Assembly (NCBI GenBank): GCA_043228905.1
Contig: JBHGNT010000009.1
Location: forward strand, 19,468,001 to 19,532,000
Direction of reading: 5' to 3'
DNA length: 64,000 nucleotides
DNA from: Azolla caroliniana
Lineage: Eukaryota > Plantae > Polypodiophyta
Shown: positions 1 through 12,544 of the stretch, in pieces
How positions within the stretch are numbered: position 1 is the stretch's first letter
Layout: each line of letters begins with the position of its first letter
Notes under the pieces: generated by a model
The model's input: only the letters and a program-made list of their open reading frames with translations
What the model was told of the DNA's origin: nothing
Databases searched by the model: none
Made by a program: the position numbers and the translations under genes

Positions 1-537
1 ATTGGTTCCAAAAAAGTTTAATGGTTTGGTTTGGTTTGGATTCTCGATAAACGGTTCGGTTTTGGTTCTAAAACTCGGGTTTATAGGTTTGGTTTAAAGG
101 TTTTTGGTTAACTTGTTTTTTTTTACCTTAATAGTTTAATAATGTAATGGTTTAATTAATGCTTATTTATTGATTTAATTAATTAAACTTAAATGTTTAT
201 TTAATTTAATGGTTCAATTAAAGTTTCTTTTATTGATTTAATAAATTTAACTTAAATTCTTATTTAATTTAATGTATTTTTGTTTTTTTAGATGTTTAAC
301 TAGTTTGACTTAAGTGGTTAGATTTAAATTTTTTATTAAATTGTTCAGTTTAGTTTTAACTTTTCCCTAAATGGTTTGGTTTTAACTTTTCCCTAAACGG
401 TTTGGTTTGAACTTTTTCTTAAATGGTTTGGTTTGAATACTGAGAGTTCATAAACGGTTTGGTTTGTTTTTGTTTTAAATAAACGGTTTGGTTTGGTTTC
501 TTTACCTTGAAACCAAACCGAACCGTGCCCATTGCTA
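1..537. mobile_element. Right end of a probable hAT-like non-autonomous DNA transposon (left part outside window)
   Basis: Many subterminal (AAAC)GGTTTGGTTT repeats. The terminus AACCAAACCGAACCGTGCCCATTGCTA (reverse complement TAGCAATGGGCACGGTTCGG) resembles plant hAT/MITE TIRs. The other TIR and the TSD are not visible. Confidence 0.4.
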
Positions 538-875
538 TTTCTAATATACAATCTTCTTTCTGTTCTTGTTACTGATAAACCCTCTGTTTGTTAAATGCAA
601 CTTTCAGTTTCAGTTTCAGTTTTAGTGTCTAATTTACTATCAGTTCTACTTATTGCAATTTTTAGTTTACTGTCTGTAATACATGTTGCAATGGCTTTTT
701 TACTCTAAAGTAAACATGTACAAGTTCAAACAGTTTGCCATTCAGAGAACAGGCAACAACATGAAATCAGAAATCAACTTAACTATTTTAGCTATTTTAA
801 AATTGAACAGTGGAAAATTGACTCAAAACAAGGGATTGAATTTATCATTGATTACGACGTCATCAAATTTCATAT

Positions 876-1438
876 TTATAATACACCATTGACAATGTCT
901 ACAAATTTCCTATAAACAGCTAAGCTCTTTCCGGTTAGTGGAACTTCCCTACATATGTGATATGCACACCAAGCTTGGTATGAAGTCCACAACCATGCAT
1001 GAAGTTGGCAGCTCAAAGTTTCCACCAAGTAGTTATCAGGTATTTCCTTAGGTACAATGAGACAACATCTGGGAATGTTGAAGTAATGTAGATAATGTTC
1101 TGTATTCACAATTAACGTATTGTTGACATTATATTTTGGCCACACCGTCCAAAAATTAGAAAGTCTTTTGAACCTTGAAATATTCTTCTGCTCACAGTTT
1201 TTCGTGTCCATTGACCCTTGAAATGCTACAGCCACTTTGGGAAGAATCTTTGTACAAACTTCCACACATCTGTACGTGGGGTTTCACTCCAAATAAACAA
1301 ATCAAAGTACTGCACGACCCAATCCAGAAATTGATTCGCGTCCCTCGGTGTCATATATCGCACACTCATCAGGACTTTATCAAGCTCCAAGATCAAGGCA
1401 CTTCTTTCTTCTTCTAATGGTTTTGGTTTCCATTCAAT
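876..1438 (-). pseudogene. Degenerate FCP1/SCP/NIF-like HAD phosphatase domain
   Basis: Manual translation gives LILELDKVL..PRDANQFLDWVVQYFDLFIWSE..FFPKWL* (TAG at 1228-1226). After a frameshift near 1200 it continues NCEQ..FKRLSNFWTVWPKYNVNNTLIVNTEHYLHYFNIPRCCLIVP. The order matches NIF motifs (LvLDLDeTL, RP..eFL....fdl.IWS, KdLs..W..Y...NTl.vDD....NP). Confidence 0.55.
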
Positions 1439-2552
1439 TGAGCCTCTATTACACCAAGTCTTGGTAGCATGCGATCAATTTCAATCAACTTAGGTTTTGT
1501 CGAGACAATTAGTGTCCTTTTCCTCTTGAAACCCCTGGTCAATTGTGTCGTTGGGTATGGCTTCACCCTGTTTTGCTCTTGTGCAGTCGTTGGGCATAAC
1601 TTCACCTGGTTTTGCTCTTGTATAGTCAATTGTGTTGTCGGGCATGGTATCAAAGTTGTGCATGTAGATTGCTCTCCATTCGATATCAACCCATTGGTAT
1701 CACATGTTGCATGTACCTGCAAAATCAGATCATCTATGCAACATGCTTGATATACTTGCGTGACAAGATCATCTATGTCAGTTGCTACATCTACTTTCAA
1801 GATGGGGCCCTCTAAACACGCAACAACATCAACAATTTCCACATTGCCATCGGCCTTAGGAGCAATAGATTCAAACCCTTTAGACTTTACAACGTCAAAA
1901 AACACCAGTATATTCACACTCACAAAGTAGCTAACAGTCTTACAAAACAACATTCAAAACATGAAATATTCTGCAACAAAACAATTTTCTTATCTTAATA
2001 TTCATTGTAGAGTTCCATTACATGATGGGGATCAGGCAACAACCAATAATGGTTTTACTTGTCCAAATAGATCATAAAAAAGTTGATAATTTTCTCTAGG
2101 AAAATAGATAATTATCCTATCCCACTAAACATAGAGTCAAGAGCCCCTTGACTGAGTAATTGGTCTTGTCCCCAATCGAGGCCCCTTCTTCAACTTTTTT
2201 CTAGAAGGTTGCCCATTAGCCTTGCTTCTTTCACCCATTGCGCAAGTGTGTCCTCCTTCGACAACCTTTCCATCGCCTCCGTAGTCTTGCGCTAGCTGTT
2301 CAAGCAGAGTGGGATTTGGTGGGACATCATTAGTAGTTGGGCTCGGTTGGGTTGATTCAAGGTTCTGGGTGTTGAAGAAATGTTGCATCAAGTGTTCAAA
2401 AACATTGTTGTTATGAACCTTAGATTTACACAGTGGGGTCGAGTATTTCATTACTTTTCACAACGTTGCCTAATTCAGTACAATCTTCCAAAAGAATAGG
2501 GTGAAGCTCATCTAAAGGAGATGTGATAGCAAGACTCTTACTCTTAGCCACA

Positions 2553-3730
2553 TTAGCTAACAACTAGCTTCTACTCTTCACGAAGTAGCTAATTAGCTAC
2601 TAGACTATGGATTGGCAGTAGCTAATTAGCTTCTACACTTCATGGGTGGTTAATTAGGCACCACTTAGCTAATTAGCTACTAGACTATGGATTGGTAGTA
2701 GCTAATTAGCTTCTACACTTCATGGGTGGCTAATTAGGCACCACTTAGCTAATTAGCTACTAGACTATGGATTGGCAGTAGCTAATTAGCTTCTACACTT
2801 CACGAAGTAGCGAATTAGCTACACTTAGCTAATTAGCTACAACACTATAGATTGGTAGTAGCTAATTAGCTTCTACACTTCACGAAGTAGCTAATTAGCT
2901 ACTAGACTATAGATTGGCAGTAGCTAATTAACTTCTACATGTCACGAAGTAGCGAATTAGCTACCAGACTATAGATTAGCAGTAGCTAATTAGCTTCTAC
3001 ACTTCTCGAAGTAGCGAATTAGCTACTAGACTATAGATTGGCAGTAGCTAATTAGCTTCTACACTTCACGAAGTAGCGAATTAGCTACCACTTAGCTAAT
3101 TAGCTACTAGACTATAGATTGGCAGTAGCTAATTAGCTTCTATACTTCATGAAGTAGCTAATTAGCTACTAGACTATAGATTGGCAGTAGCTAATTAGCT
3201 TCTCCATGTCACGAAGTAGCGAATTAGCTACCAGACTATAGATTAGCAGTAGCTAATTAGCTTCTACACTTCACGAAGTAGTGAATTAGCTACTAGACTA
3301 TAGATTGGCAGTAGCTAATTAGCTTCTACACTTCACGAAGTAGCGAATTAGCTACTACACTATAGATTGGCAGTAACTAATTAGCTTTTACACTTCGCTA
3401 ATTAGCTATTGCTTTTCTACAACTTAGCTAATCAGCTACGCCATTATAGATTGGCAGTAGCTAATTAGTTTCCACACTATAAATTGGCAGTAGCTAATTA
3501 GCTACCACTTTTTAACTACTACAACTAATTAACTATTGCTTTTTTACAACCTTAGCTAATTAGCTTCTAACTATAGTTTGACAGTAGCTAATTAGCTTCT
3601 ATACTTCATGTAGTAGCTAATTAACTCAGATTATTTTTCTAGCTAGCTATTTATTTGCCACTCTTTATACTGCTTAGCTAATTAGCTACTGCTTTTCTAC
3701 CACTTGGCAGTTACTAGCTAATTAGCTAAT
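2553..3730. repeat. Minisatellite of ~60-bp units built on the palindrome AGCTAATTAGCT
   Basis: Two sub-units alternate: AGCTAATTAGCTACTAGACTATAGATTGGCAGT and AGCTAATTAGCTTCTACACTTCACGAAGT. The array degenerates toward 3.4-3.7 kb. Confidence 0.92.
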
Positions 3731-3755
3731 CAACAGCGACATCTATTAGTTACGA

Positions 3756-4061
3756 CTATTTGTAGAGACGAGAAGCAAATTTACCTATATGTTTTCTCCA
3801 CTCATTAGCGAGAGTTGTATTGCAATTCCCCAAACATAGTGCAATAGTGCGACATGCATATGCAAAACAAGCGATATGATATGTATGTTGGCATGCTCGT
3901 AGGTGTACCAGCATATTCACAGTTCTGTCTTCTATGGCTAAGGCACAAGCAATGCAACATGCTTGAGCAGTCAATCTATTGTTGCTTGGTTCTACTACTT
4001 TTGGTAAGGGAGCAAGAATGTTGAGGTCTAATTTTGGTCTATACCTTACCATCCCCTCCAC
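3756..4061 (-). pseudogene. RING-H2 (C3H2C3)-like zinc finger segment, probably an exon of a decayed gene
   Basis: CIAC-x17-CQH-TY-H-IA-C-x10-CLGNC fits RING-H2 spacing; the last pair is C-x3-C. Confidence 0.55.
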
Positions 4062-4390
4062 AAATTCTAATTACTTCTTAAGTTAGCGAACTACATGTTC
4101 TTGATTTGTGTATTGTTCCTACAACGCAACCGAAAATTTTACCGCTTTATCATTCTTGGAATGAGGAAGAATGAACGACAAGAAACAGGAATCATTAACT
4201 TACTCAGAGGTTCTCCACATTGTTATCGACGATAAGATTAACCCCTAGAAGATCCAAGTTCATTGAAAGAACTTAAATCTACGTCTGTAGCTATATTTTC
4301 CACTCAGGATCCAACGACCCCTCAGTATCGAGCCCATGTTGAGCAACCTGGTCCAGATAATGCCTCACTAAGCACATTTTCATGTACAAG

Positions 4391-5078
4391 TTATTTATAA
4401 CATACTAGCAAAAAAATAGCAACCAGAATCTTGTTTCTAATTGTTGTCACTGCCAACGTTACCTTGCTTTCCATCGTAGCAGCCAAAGTTGCTTTCTCTA
4501 AGACAGACTTTGTTGCTTCCAATGTCTCACAAGCTTCATGAACATTTTTCAGCATATCACTAATCAATGTCTCACCTGTATCATTGACATTTGTTTTCAC
4601 ATTGTTTTTCTGTGGTGTCTCCTTGCGGTTTTGATGAGAGTCGGCAGTTGCATCATCAACTGCCATGCTCCAGAATCATGCCATCTTTTGTTGCAGGTTC
4701 TTGATGCCTCACCTGCAAGATCCCAAGCTATCCTATACATTTTAGGGTTAGTTGTTTCCTTCGTTGTTTGGCAATACTCATAGGCGAAGGCTTTGGCGAA
4801 TACAACTGACAATTCATTGTTGATCGGGATCTCTTGGTGTACTTTTTGGTGGAGCCTCATGCAATCATCATACAACTCCGGTCGTACATGCTTCAGCTTC
4901 AACTTACCTTTCACTTTGGGCACTTTATAGACTGAGAACCAATCTATATCACTAATCAATTTATCTGTTACCACAACAGGGCCAATACCCTCCAGTGATA
5001 GACCATGTATTGAAGTTCTCCTTTGTCTCGCAAAACTTGGCAAATTTCAACACCCTAGGATAGGGAGGAATGAGCCAC
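4391..5078 (-). pseudogene. Frameshifted coding segment of unknown function followed by a coiled-coil-like stretch
   Basis: Overlapping ORFs 4597-5043 and 4391-4666 read like protein (ISDIDWFSVY..RLHQKVHQEIPINNELSVVFAKAFAYE..). There is a candidate acceptor TTTTTATGTCAG| at 5080-5079. Confidence 0.35.
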
Positions 5079-5184
5079 CTGACATAAAAAATCAATCCGT
5101 GTTACTTCTACTCTACTAGGAAATGTGTATTTAGAATCATATTTAGTAGGGAAGAATAAAAAATAAAAAATCAGGCACATGCAT

Positions 5185-5645
5185 CAAAACCCAAAATCAA
5201 GTTTGGGGGAAATTTACAAACAGACAGACATTGTAATAAAAAATGTGTATTGATGCAATTTTTCAACCCTAAATCAGAAATAAGAAATGTGTATTCATGA
5301 AATCAACTCTAAATCAAATATTTTCAACCCTAATTAGAAATGTTTATCAAATCAACCCTAAATCAGAGATTTTCAAACCTAATAAAAAATCAGAAACCCT
5401 AATGAGAAATCAAGTTTGGAGGAAATTTACAGACAGACAGACATTGTGATCAGAAATGTGTATTGATGCAAAATTTCAACCCGAATCAGAAATTTTCAAC
5501 CGTCATTAGAAATGTGTATGAAATCAACCCTAAGTCAACGATTTACAATTGTAATAAAAAATCAGCCCTAATCAGAAATATGTATGAAATCAACCCTAAT
5601 AAATTTTTTTGACAATATGATTCTATGGACCCTAAACCCTAATCC
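5185..5645. repeat. Degenerate tandem repeats containing telo-box-like AACCCTAA motifs
   Basis: Repeated TCAACCCTAA(A)TCAGAAA / GAAATGTGTAT units and a duplicated AAATCAAGTTTGG..ACAGACATTGT block. Confidence 0.55.
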
Positions 5646-6817
5646 AATTTTCACTTCATTCGAAATAAGAAATTTTTGACAATAAGAAACACTCTTGCTA
5701 GACCTCAATTTTCGCAACGTCCTTGTCTAGGACTTCAACAACTTCGCCCTAATCGTTTATAGTAAAAGATAATGATGCAAGACAGTTACAAAAAAGGGGA
5801 AAAAAATGATTTTTGAAAGCATGTAATGCGTAATTGATGCAAACCTTGAAGAGGAGAGAACTGGTGGTGTGCTGGTGCTTTGAAGGTGGAATGTAGATAT
5901 TAGGGATTTTGTGCTACCATGGGAGCTTCATCTACGTTCGTGCTTAGAGTACTCCACCAGTTTGGATTTCGAACCAAAACCTCAGGATTACCTGGACTTT
6001 GGTGACATTCAAGTCGACTTTAGATGAGGGCATTGTTCCCCATGTTCCACTACATCAGAAACCCAAGTTCAAATATTTGAGTATTCCCATATTACCTATT
6101 CACCATAATAAATGACATGTATTTAATTAATAAAGCAAAATTATTTTGTAAAGGATCCATAAGATTTTCCCACAAAAATTTAGTCAAACAAATACATAGA
6201 TAAATAGCTATGGCCATTTTAGCTAAATGTTAGCTATGATAGTGTTTCCATTCCCATGCTTTCACCCTATGAGCAAAGACAACTCCAAGGTATACTTTGC
6301 TTTTTCTTCTACTTTTGTGGTTGGAGATATACAGATCCTTAGATGATACATATTCTTCTAGATTGAGAGTGTGTTTCATTTGATTGTTTTATGTACAATT
6401 ATTCTTAACGAGTTATATGGTAAACCAACCCCTCATTTTGTCTTCGTGAAAAAATGTGCCCATTCTCCATCCTGATGATATTGTGGTTACGATAATAATC
6501 TTACAGTGCGTATATTTGTGAATATTTTGATGAAAAAATATGGAAGCGACATTTTCTTTGTATTATCTGAAAAGTGCCCTCCTTTTCTCCTACTCTTATA
6601 TTCCACCAAGCGATAGGTGCTAGGTACGATTCACACCTTCATTTTTTCTACCTCTAGGTACTAGTTTAAAAAGCTATTGTGGGTCTTGTTATTGTTTCCC
6701 TTGCTTGAGACAAAGCCTCTCAAATTACACATGTCACTACAATTACAGTCATTGTTTCTCTTGGATCTTGCAAAGCAAGACATTTTTGTTGTGTGTGTCA
6801 CATAAGCCATTGGTGAT

Positions 6818-6915
6818 GGGACGTGTTCCATAAGTAAAGCTACTAGCAGTGGGGACGTATTCCATAAGTAACGCAACTAGCAATGAGGATGTGTCCGTAA
6901 ATAAGCTACTACCAA
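6818..6915. repeat. Three ~33-bp tandem repeats
   Basis: Three GGGACGTGTTCCATAAGTAAAGCTACTAGCAGT-like units. Confidence 0.6.
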
Positions 6916-8306
6916 CAAGGATGGGACATTGAGATTTGTTGGTATTTGCGACATATGCTTGCAACAATTATGGTAACATATATATATTTGGAAGTGTGAA
7001 TAGAGAGCATTATGGATTTTGTTGATTTTGCTTTACACTTTGTTGAACCACGACCACATCCTTGGCATTTAGTCTTTGTTATATGTGTCCAATGAGAAGC
7101 CAAAATTTTGCGGTGATGCTTCCTTTGAAGATTGCTAGGGTTCATGAAAGAAGATGGGCTTGGTGAACTTCTTGTTTTCGTGCTTAACTTCATTGTTATG
7201 TTTTGTTTGCAACACATGAAAAGCTTGCACGTTAGTTGACTATTAAAAGATTGCATGTAGTAGGGAGTCGTCTTTGTTCATGTGATAACTGTTACATGTG
7301 TGGGTATGATTTTCCTTAATGGAAAGACGTGTTTGTTAACTCATGTGTGTCACGATTCAAATCAACTCAGGGGGAGAGAATAAGTGGTATTTTTTTTATG
7401 TAGCACTTGATTTTACCCATGTAATTCTCAAATTATCTATTTAATACAATGATAATTATATGTGAAAAGTAGATATTACATATAATATGCAGAAATGCCT
7501 TTAATCAAATAAAATAAACTAATAGTAAATGACAATTCATAATTAAAGACAATACCTCTATAGAGGACAACATCTATTGAGAGGGGCCCCAAAGGTGAAA
7601 AACTTGCATTCTTCTGGTTTTAACCACTCAATGAGAGGCACACAATACACAGTAGGTCAAAGACATAAATATGTGGAATTTGAATAAGCGCTTGTGTAGA
7701 ATGAGAATAACTACTCATGTTTTTCATCCTTCAAATATAAAATCTATATGAGGTAGATGGGAGCATACTAGACACAAATTATTACTTTAAAAATGAGTAA
7801 TAAATGTTTATAAAAAACCCCTCTCTAACTTATATAACCCTTGGTTTAACACTTAGAAATATTGTTGTTGGTAAGGTATCCCTAAATGTGTTATCTCCCC
7901 ATGGTTGATGCTTGCCCCCATTCTTAAGTGTCTTCCATAAATCTAATTAATTGTTCTTTAAGTATTCTTAAGTTTTGTTGACTTATTCAATGTTTAACCT
8001 TGTGATTACTAGTGCCATATGGTATTATGTCTATGGTTGTGCCATCATGTAAACTCTCAAAGATACCTAGCACAATTCGTGAGACAAGACATTATGACTA
8101 CAATGCACCGCTCCATCCATAATAGAAGAAAGTTAAGCGTACCAACAAAATGGTGTTTCAACATACATCATCAATGGTATCACCCATGTCATTCCAAAAC
8201 GCATAAGTTGATTAGTGTGCATTTAATGCCCTGGCCTATTCAATCAATATCCCTACCATAATAAGGTTTGCGAGGATGACTACCATCATGATCATTAATC
8301 TGCTTT

Positions 8307-11300
8307 TGTTGAGCGGACAAGCTCAACCGGATCCGGATTAGCTGAATAAGCTGGAGCCGGATTGGTGTCCGGAACGGAGAATCGGATAGGTATCCGTATC
8401 GGATTGTAACCGGTAAGCCGTTAGAGGCCTACAACCTTAGCTAGGACGTAGGCATATTCCTTGGAGTTAGTGTCAGTCGCTTGTATGAGCATTGAAGTAC
8501 TTGTGAGTACTTCTGTTAGTCCTTTTAAGGACTTGTATAAAAAGTGTTCTTTAGGACAATTGTAAACACAAAGTGTTATTTTTTAATTAAGTTTATGTTG
8601 TTCTGCTCTCTCTTTCACTCCCGTTTTTTTTTATGTGTTTTGAAGCTTTCATTAAACCTGCACTTACTCTTTGTTGGTATCCGACTGAGTCGGTTTGTCT
8701 ACAAGCTTCCGCATCTTAACTTTTTCATGGTATCAGAGTGAGAGGGTTGAGAACCTCTGCTTCCGACAACTGCTCGAAGCAGACAAACCCTAATCACCGA
8801 TAAAGAACAAAAGAGAGAAGAAAGGCATGGACAAAAGCATGCGAGCTTGCTTCCTACAAAAAAGCTCGACCCGAGCAACTAGGCGTCCTGGTCGTATAAA
8901 ATGCACAAGTACCTACTGGGGCACGGATAATGGAGCTATGTGGAAGGAGCAAATGTAGCAGCGCCGAATTTGGCACACAAGGACTTCCCAACATGGGAGC
9001 AAGGAGCGAGTAGAGTGTTGTATTGCCTCGCGTCCTGTGTGCACGACCAGATGCTCGGCTACATCTGAGACGCAAAGTCACCGAAGGAGGCCTGGGAAAA
9101 TCTTCGGAAGATTTTCGCCGCAAGTACCACGGCTAGGAAGTTGCAGCTGCGGCAAGAGCTCAACAGTATCTGGAAATGGGACATGTTGGTTACTGACTGC
9201 AAAGCTCTTACTACGCAGAAGGATCGGAAGGATCCGGAACCGGTAAGACCGGAAAACGGTCAACCTTTGTGATGAAATACAAAGCGAACTCGATGAAGAA
9301 GACCACTTCCGGATCGGAGGAAGTGTGGTACGTTGATTTCGGAGCATCCAACCATATGTCGAGCCATGAAGAGTGGTTCTCGTATATGGAAAAATCGGAA
9401 CAACCAGGAGTTGTTGAAACTGAGGACGACACTCCTCACCTTATCGAGCATGTCAAAGAAGTCCCTTTAAGCCATGTTGGACAAAAGGGCAAGCTAATGA
9501 ATGTTTTACATGTTCCAACAATCACGAAGAACCTTGTGTCGGTCGAACAGATTGTCAACCAGGGAATGCATGTGCGTTTTTTTCGTACCTCGGGTTCTTC
9601 ATTGAGGAAGAGGGTCGGATCATCGCACAAGGGCGCCGGGACGGGAGGATGTTCATCCTCGACACTAATGACGTTGGCACTGATTTATTTGCAAAGGGGC
9701 AAAAGGTCGAGTCGGATATCGACTTATGGCACAAGTGGATCGGCCACATCAACTACCAAAGGTTTCAAGACCTACAGATGAAACAGGTTGTGTTCGAACC
9801 ATGGTTGTTTACGTACCCGTATTTAACGTTTGAATACGTATAGTACCTCATGATTTGTATAGTACGTACTATACCTCAATGTTGTTCAGTCAAATATCAT
9901 GTACATTTGTCCAATATGGTATTTAACGTATTTATAAAAAAATAGGTATAATACGTATTTATAAAGAAAATGTAAGTAAAACCCCAACAAAAAGCAAAAG
10001 AAAAAAAAGATTTTAGTGAAAAAGAAGCCAAAGGAAGGAAGAAAGAAGAATTGAAGAGACGACGATGAAGAAGATGAAGAAGATGAAGAAGATGAAGAAG
10101 AAGAAGAAGAAGAAGAAGAAGAGAGAAAAGAAGACATAAACCTATCCTGAGTGTGATAATCGCAGAAGATAGAAGAAGAAGAAGAAGAAAACGAAGAAAA
10201 GAGAAACCTATCATGAGTGTGATAATCGTAGACGATTCCTCAATCTATGAAGGCATAATTGTAAACAATTAAAATTTGAAGTAGAACATCATGATACACA
10301 CTTACACTGATTTGTAGAATAAGGGGATGTCGACATCTATATTACTACAAGTATTTTAGGATGTGAAATGTTCAAATGTCTTATATGCATTTTAGGATGT
10401 ACAACTATATTGTGCATCACAAAATTGTGTAAACATAGATGTTTTTTACAATATTATAGATATTTTTTAGAAAGGTAAATAATTTTTAAATTCTAGAAGT
10501 ATTTAACGTACTATAAGTAAAATACGTATTTTACGTATTTTATAAGTATTTAACATATTAAGAAAATGTATAAATAACATATTTTTAAATTGGGAGGTAC
10601 TATACAGGTATTAATACATTAAATACGTATGGTATCCATATCGTACCTAACGTACCTAACAACCTTGGTTCGAACTCCCGAAATTTAGTGGCCAGAAGGC
10701 CCAAATTTGTGAAGCCTACCAACTCGGGAAGCAAACTGGCATCCATTCCCCACCGAAAGAAACCGGAGCCGTAACAAGCTCAACTTGATACATTCGGATG
10801 TGTGTCTTGGCCGGAGCCGATATTTGGTCTCCTTCATGGATGACTACAGCCGATACAAGTGGATCTATCTCATCGAGAGGAAAAGCGTAGCCTTCGATTG
10901 TTTCCGGAACCTGCAATGTCTTGTGGAACGAGAAACGGAGAGAAAGATCAAGTGCTTGCGGTCAGATGGCGAAAAAGAATACTTTTCCGGCCAATTCAAC
11001 AGTTATTTGCAACATAAAGGAATTTGGAGGGAATTCAACTGTTGATACACATGGGAACAAAATGGTGTGGCTGAAAGGAAGAATTGGTCGATCGTTGAGG
11101 CGGCACGAGCAATGCTGGAAGAGAAGAGCATGCACAAGTTCTACTGGGCCGAAACGGTCTGGATGGCCATCTACATCCAAAACCAGATCGGGGATAAGGT
11201 TTCGGCACACGACGCTATTGTATTTCATATGGAAGCCGAATTTAAGGCACCTTAGGGTATTCGCCAACATTGCCTATGTGCATGTACCAGATGAGAAGAG

Positions 11301-11865
11301 GAGGAAGTTGAACCCAAAGTTGGAGAAGTGCATTTTGGTCAGCTACTCTCATCAGCAAAAGGGGTACAAGTGCTACAACCCTTGGACTAAGTACGAGTAA
11401 GTTGAGATGTCGAATTTGTCGAGTCAGCATCCTGGTACTCTCTACCAACTCCGACCCTTGACTCCGACACGATTCTGGAGGATGAGACCAATGAGCCCAA
11501 AACAATCCGGGGCAGAAGAAAAAGAAAACTTTGGTACTCTAGATGAGAGTCCGATCACATTCCGACTAAGCGGGCCGAATGAGAGACTAAGTCGGATTGA
11601 CCAGTCAGATGAAGAGCCGATGAGTAGTGGAGACTCGGCCGTGCCCACGTAAAGAACCAACGAGATGGTTCACATGCAAAGAAAAAGGGAAGAAGAAGAT
11701 GTCGTAATACAACACTGGCAAGGAAGAGTCGGATTGGAGCAAGTCCGACTTCGGAAGGAATGAAGATAGACCTTCGGTTACGAAGTCCGGGTTGGCCAAG
11801 AGGGCCTTAAAATCGGGTAATGAGAAGTTACACCGATCCACCAGCCAAAAGAATCTGGTCAAACA
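8307..11865 (+). mobile_element. Copia element A: decayed 5' half (LTR, partly deleted gag, protease, integrase), cut by element B
   Basis: 5' LTR TGTTGAG..TTTTCA at 8307-8727 and PBS TGGTATCAGAG at 8728-8738. Protease WYVDFGASNHM; integrase IHSDVC..FMDDYSR..CLRSDGEKEY..AERKN. Same family as element I. Confidence 0.9.
9800..10667. mobile_element. Non-autonomous hAT-type element inserted in copia A
   Basis: 8-bp TSD GTTCGAAC (9792-9799, 10668-10675). TIRs CATGGTTGTT / AACAACCTTG match 9/10. AT-rich interior with TACGTA motifs and GAA runs. The copia sequence resumes after it. Confidence 0.88.
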
Positions 11866-12074
11866 TGTTGGGAAACAGGTCCCTCCGGATGGGATCTAGT
11901 TGAACCAGATCGGATGAGCCGAAGGAAGGAATCGGGATACCAGATCGGATGGATTCGGAAGGAGTCTCGTCGAATCCGGTATGAACGAGGTTGTAGGAAC
12001 ATATTAGTAAATATGTTCAGACATGACCGTTGACAGCATATTTGTAAATAACCCTAAAGTTATATGAGTATAAT

Positions 12075-12544
12075 TGTAAAGAATCGATGGTGATTCTTGT
12101 GCAACGGAATAGATGTGCGTTATGTGCGTATATGTGTGAGAGAAAAGGAGAGAAGAGAAACGAGAACTCAAGATAGATAAATGAGAGGAAAGTAGAATAC
12201 TCAAGAAGATGAAGATGTATATTCACAAGTAAAATAAGAGATACAAAAATGTAGCATTACAAGGAGTCACAACCGACTTAGTATGAAGTGTGAGGAGGGT
12301 GCTTTATATATAGTCACCCTCTCTCTTCATTAACTAACTACAACAACCACTCTCTCTCTTGGGGAATGTGAAGACTCACAGTCATGGGGAATATGTAACT
12401 CATTAGTTATGTGTAATAGAATATGATTCTATGACACACAGTTAATGTGTAGAGAGTAGTGGTGTGACTCTTGACCTTTGAGTAATCATAGATTCTCAAA
12501 AGGTGTGTTCACACGTTGCACTATGTTGAGCTTGATTCTCAACA
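12075..12544 (-). mobile_element. Solo LTR (family X, as in C and H) inserted in the LTR of B
   Basis: TG..CA ends and a 5-bp TSD ATAAT (12070-12074, 12545-12549). The reverse complement matches 14627-15152 and 54442-54895. Confidence 0.92.

Noticed and set aside
2553-3730. CRISPR-like look of regularly spaced palindromes
   Set aside because: The linkers are themselves repeated rather than unique spacers, the repeat is only 12 bp, there are no cas genes and the context is eukaryotic.
5185-5645. Interstitial telomere
   Set aside because: AACCCTAA motifs are isolated within longer repeat units, not tandem TTTAGGG arrays.
7900-8300. Possible decayed gypsy integrase on the minus strand
   Set aside because: Only vague similarity and many stops; cannot be supported by eye.
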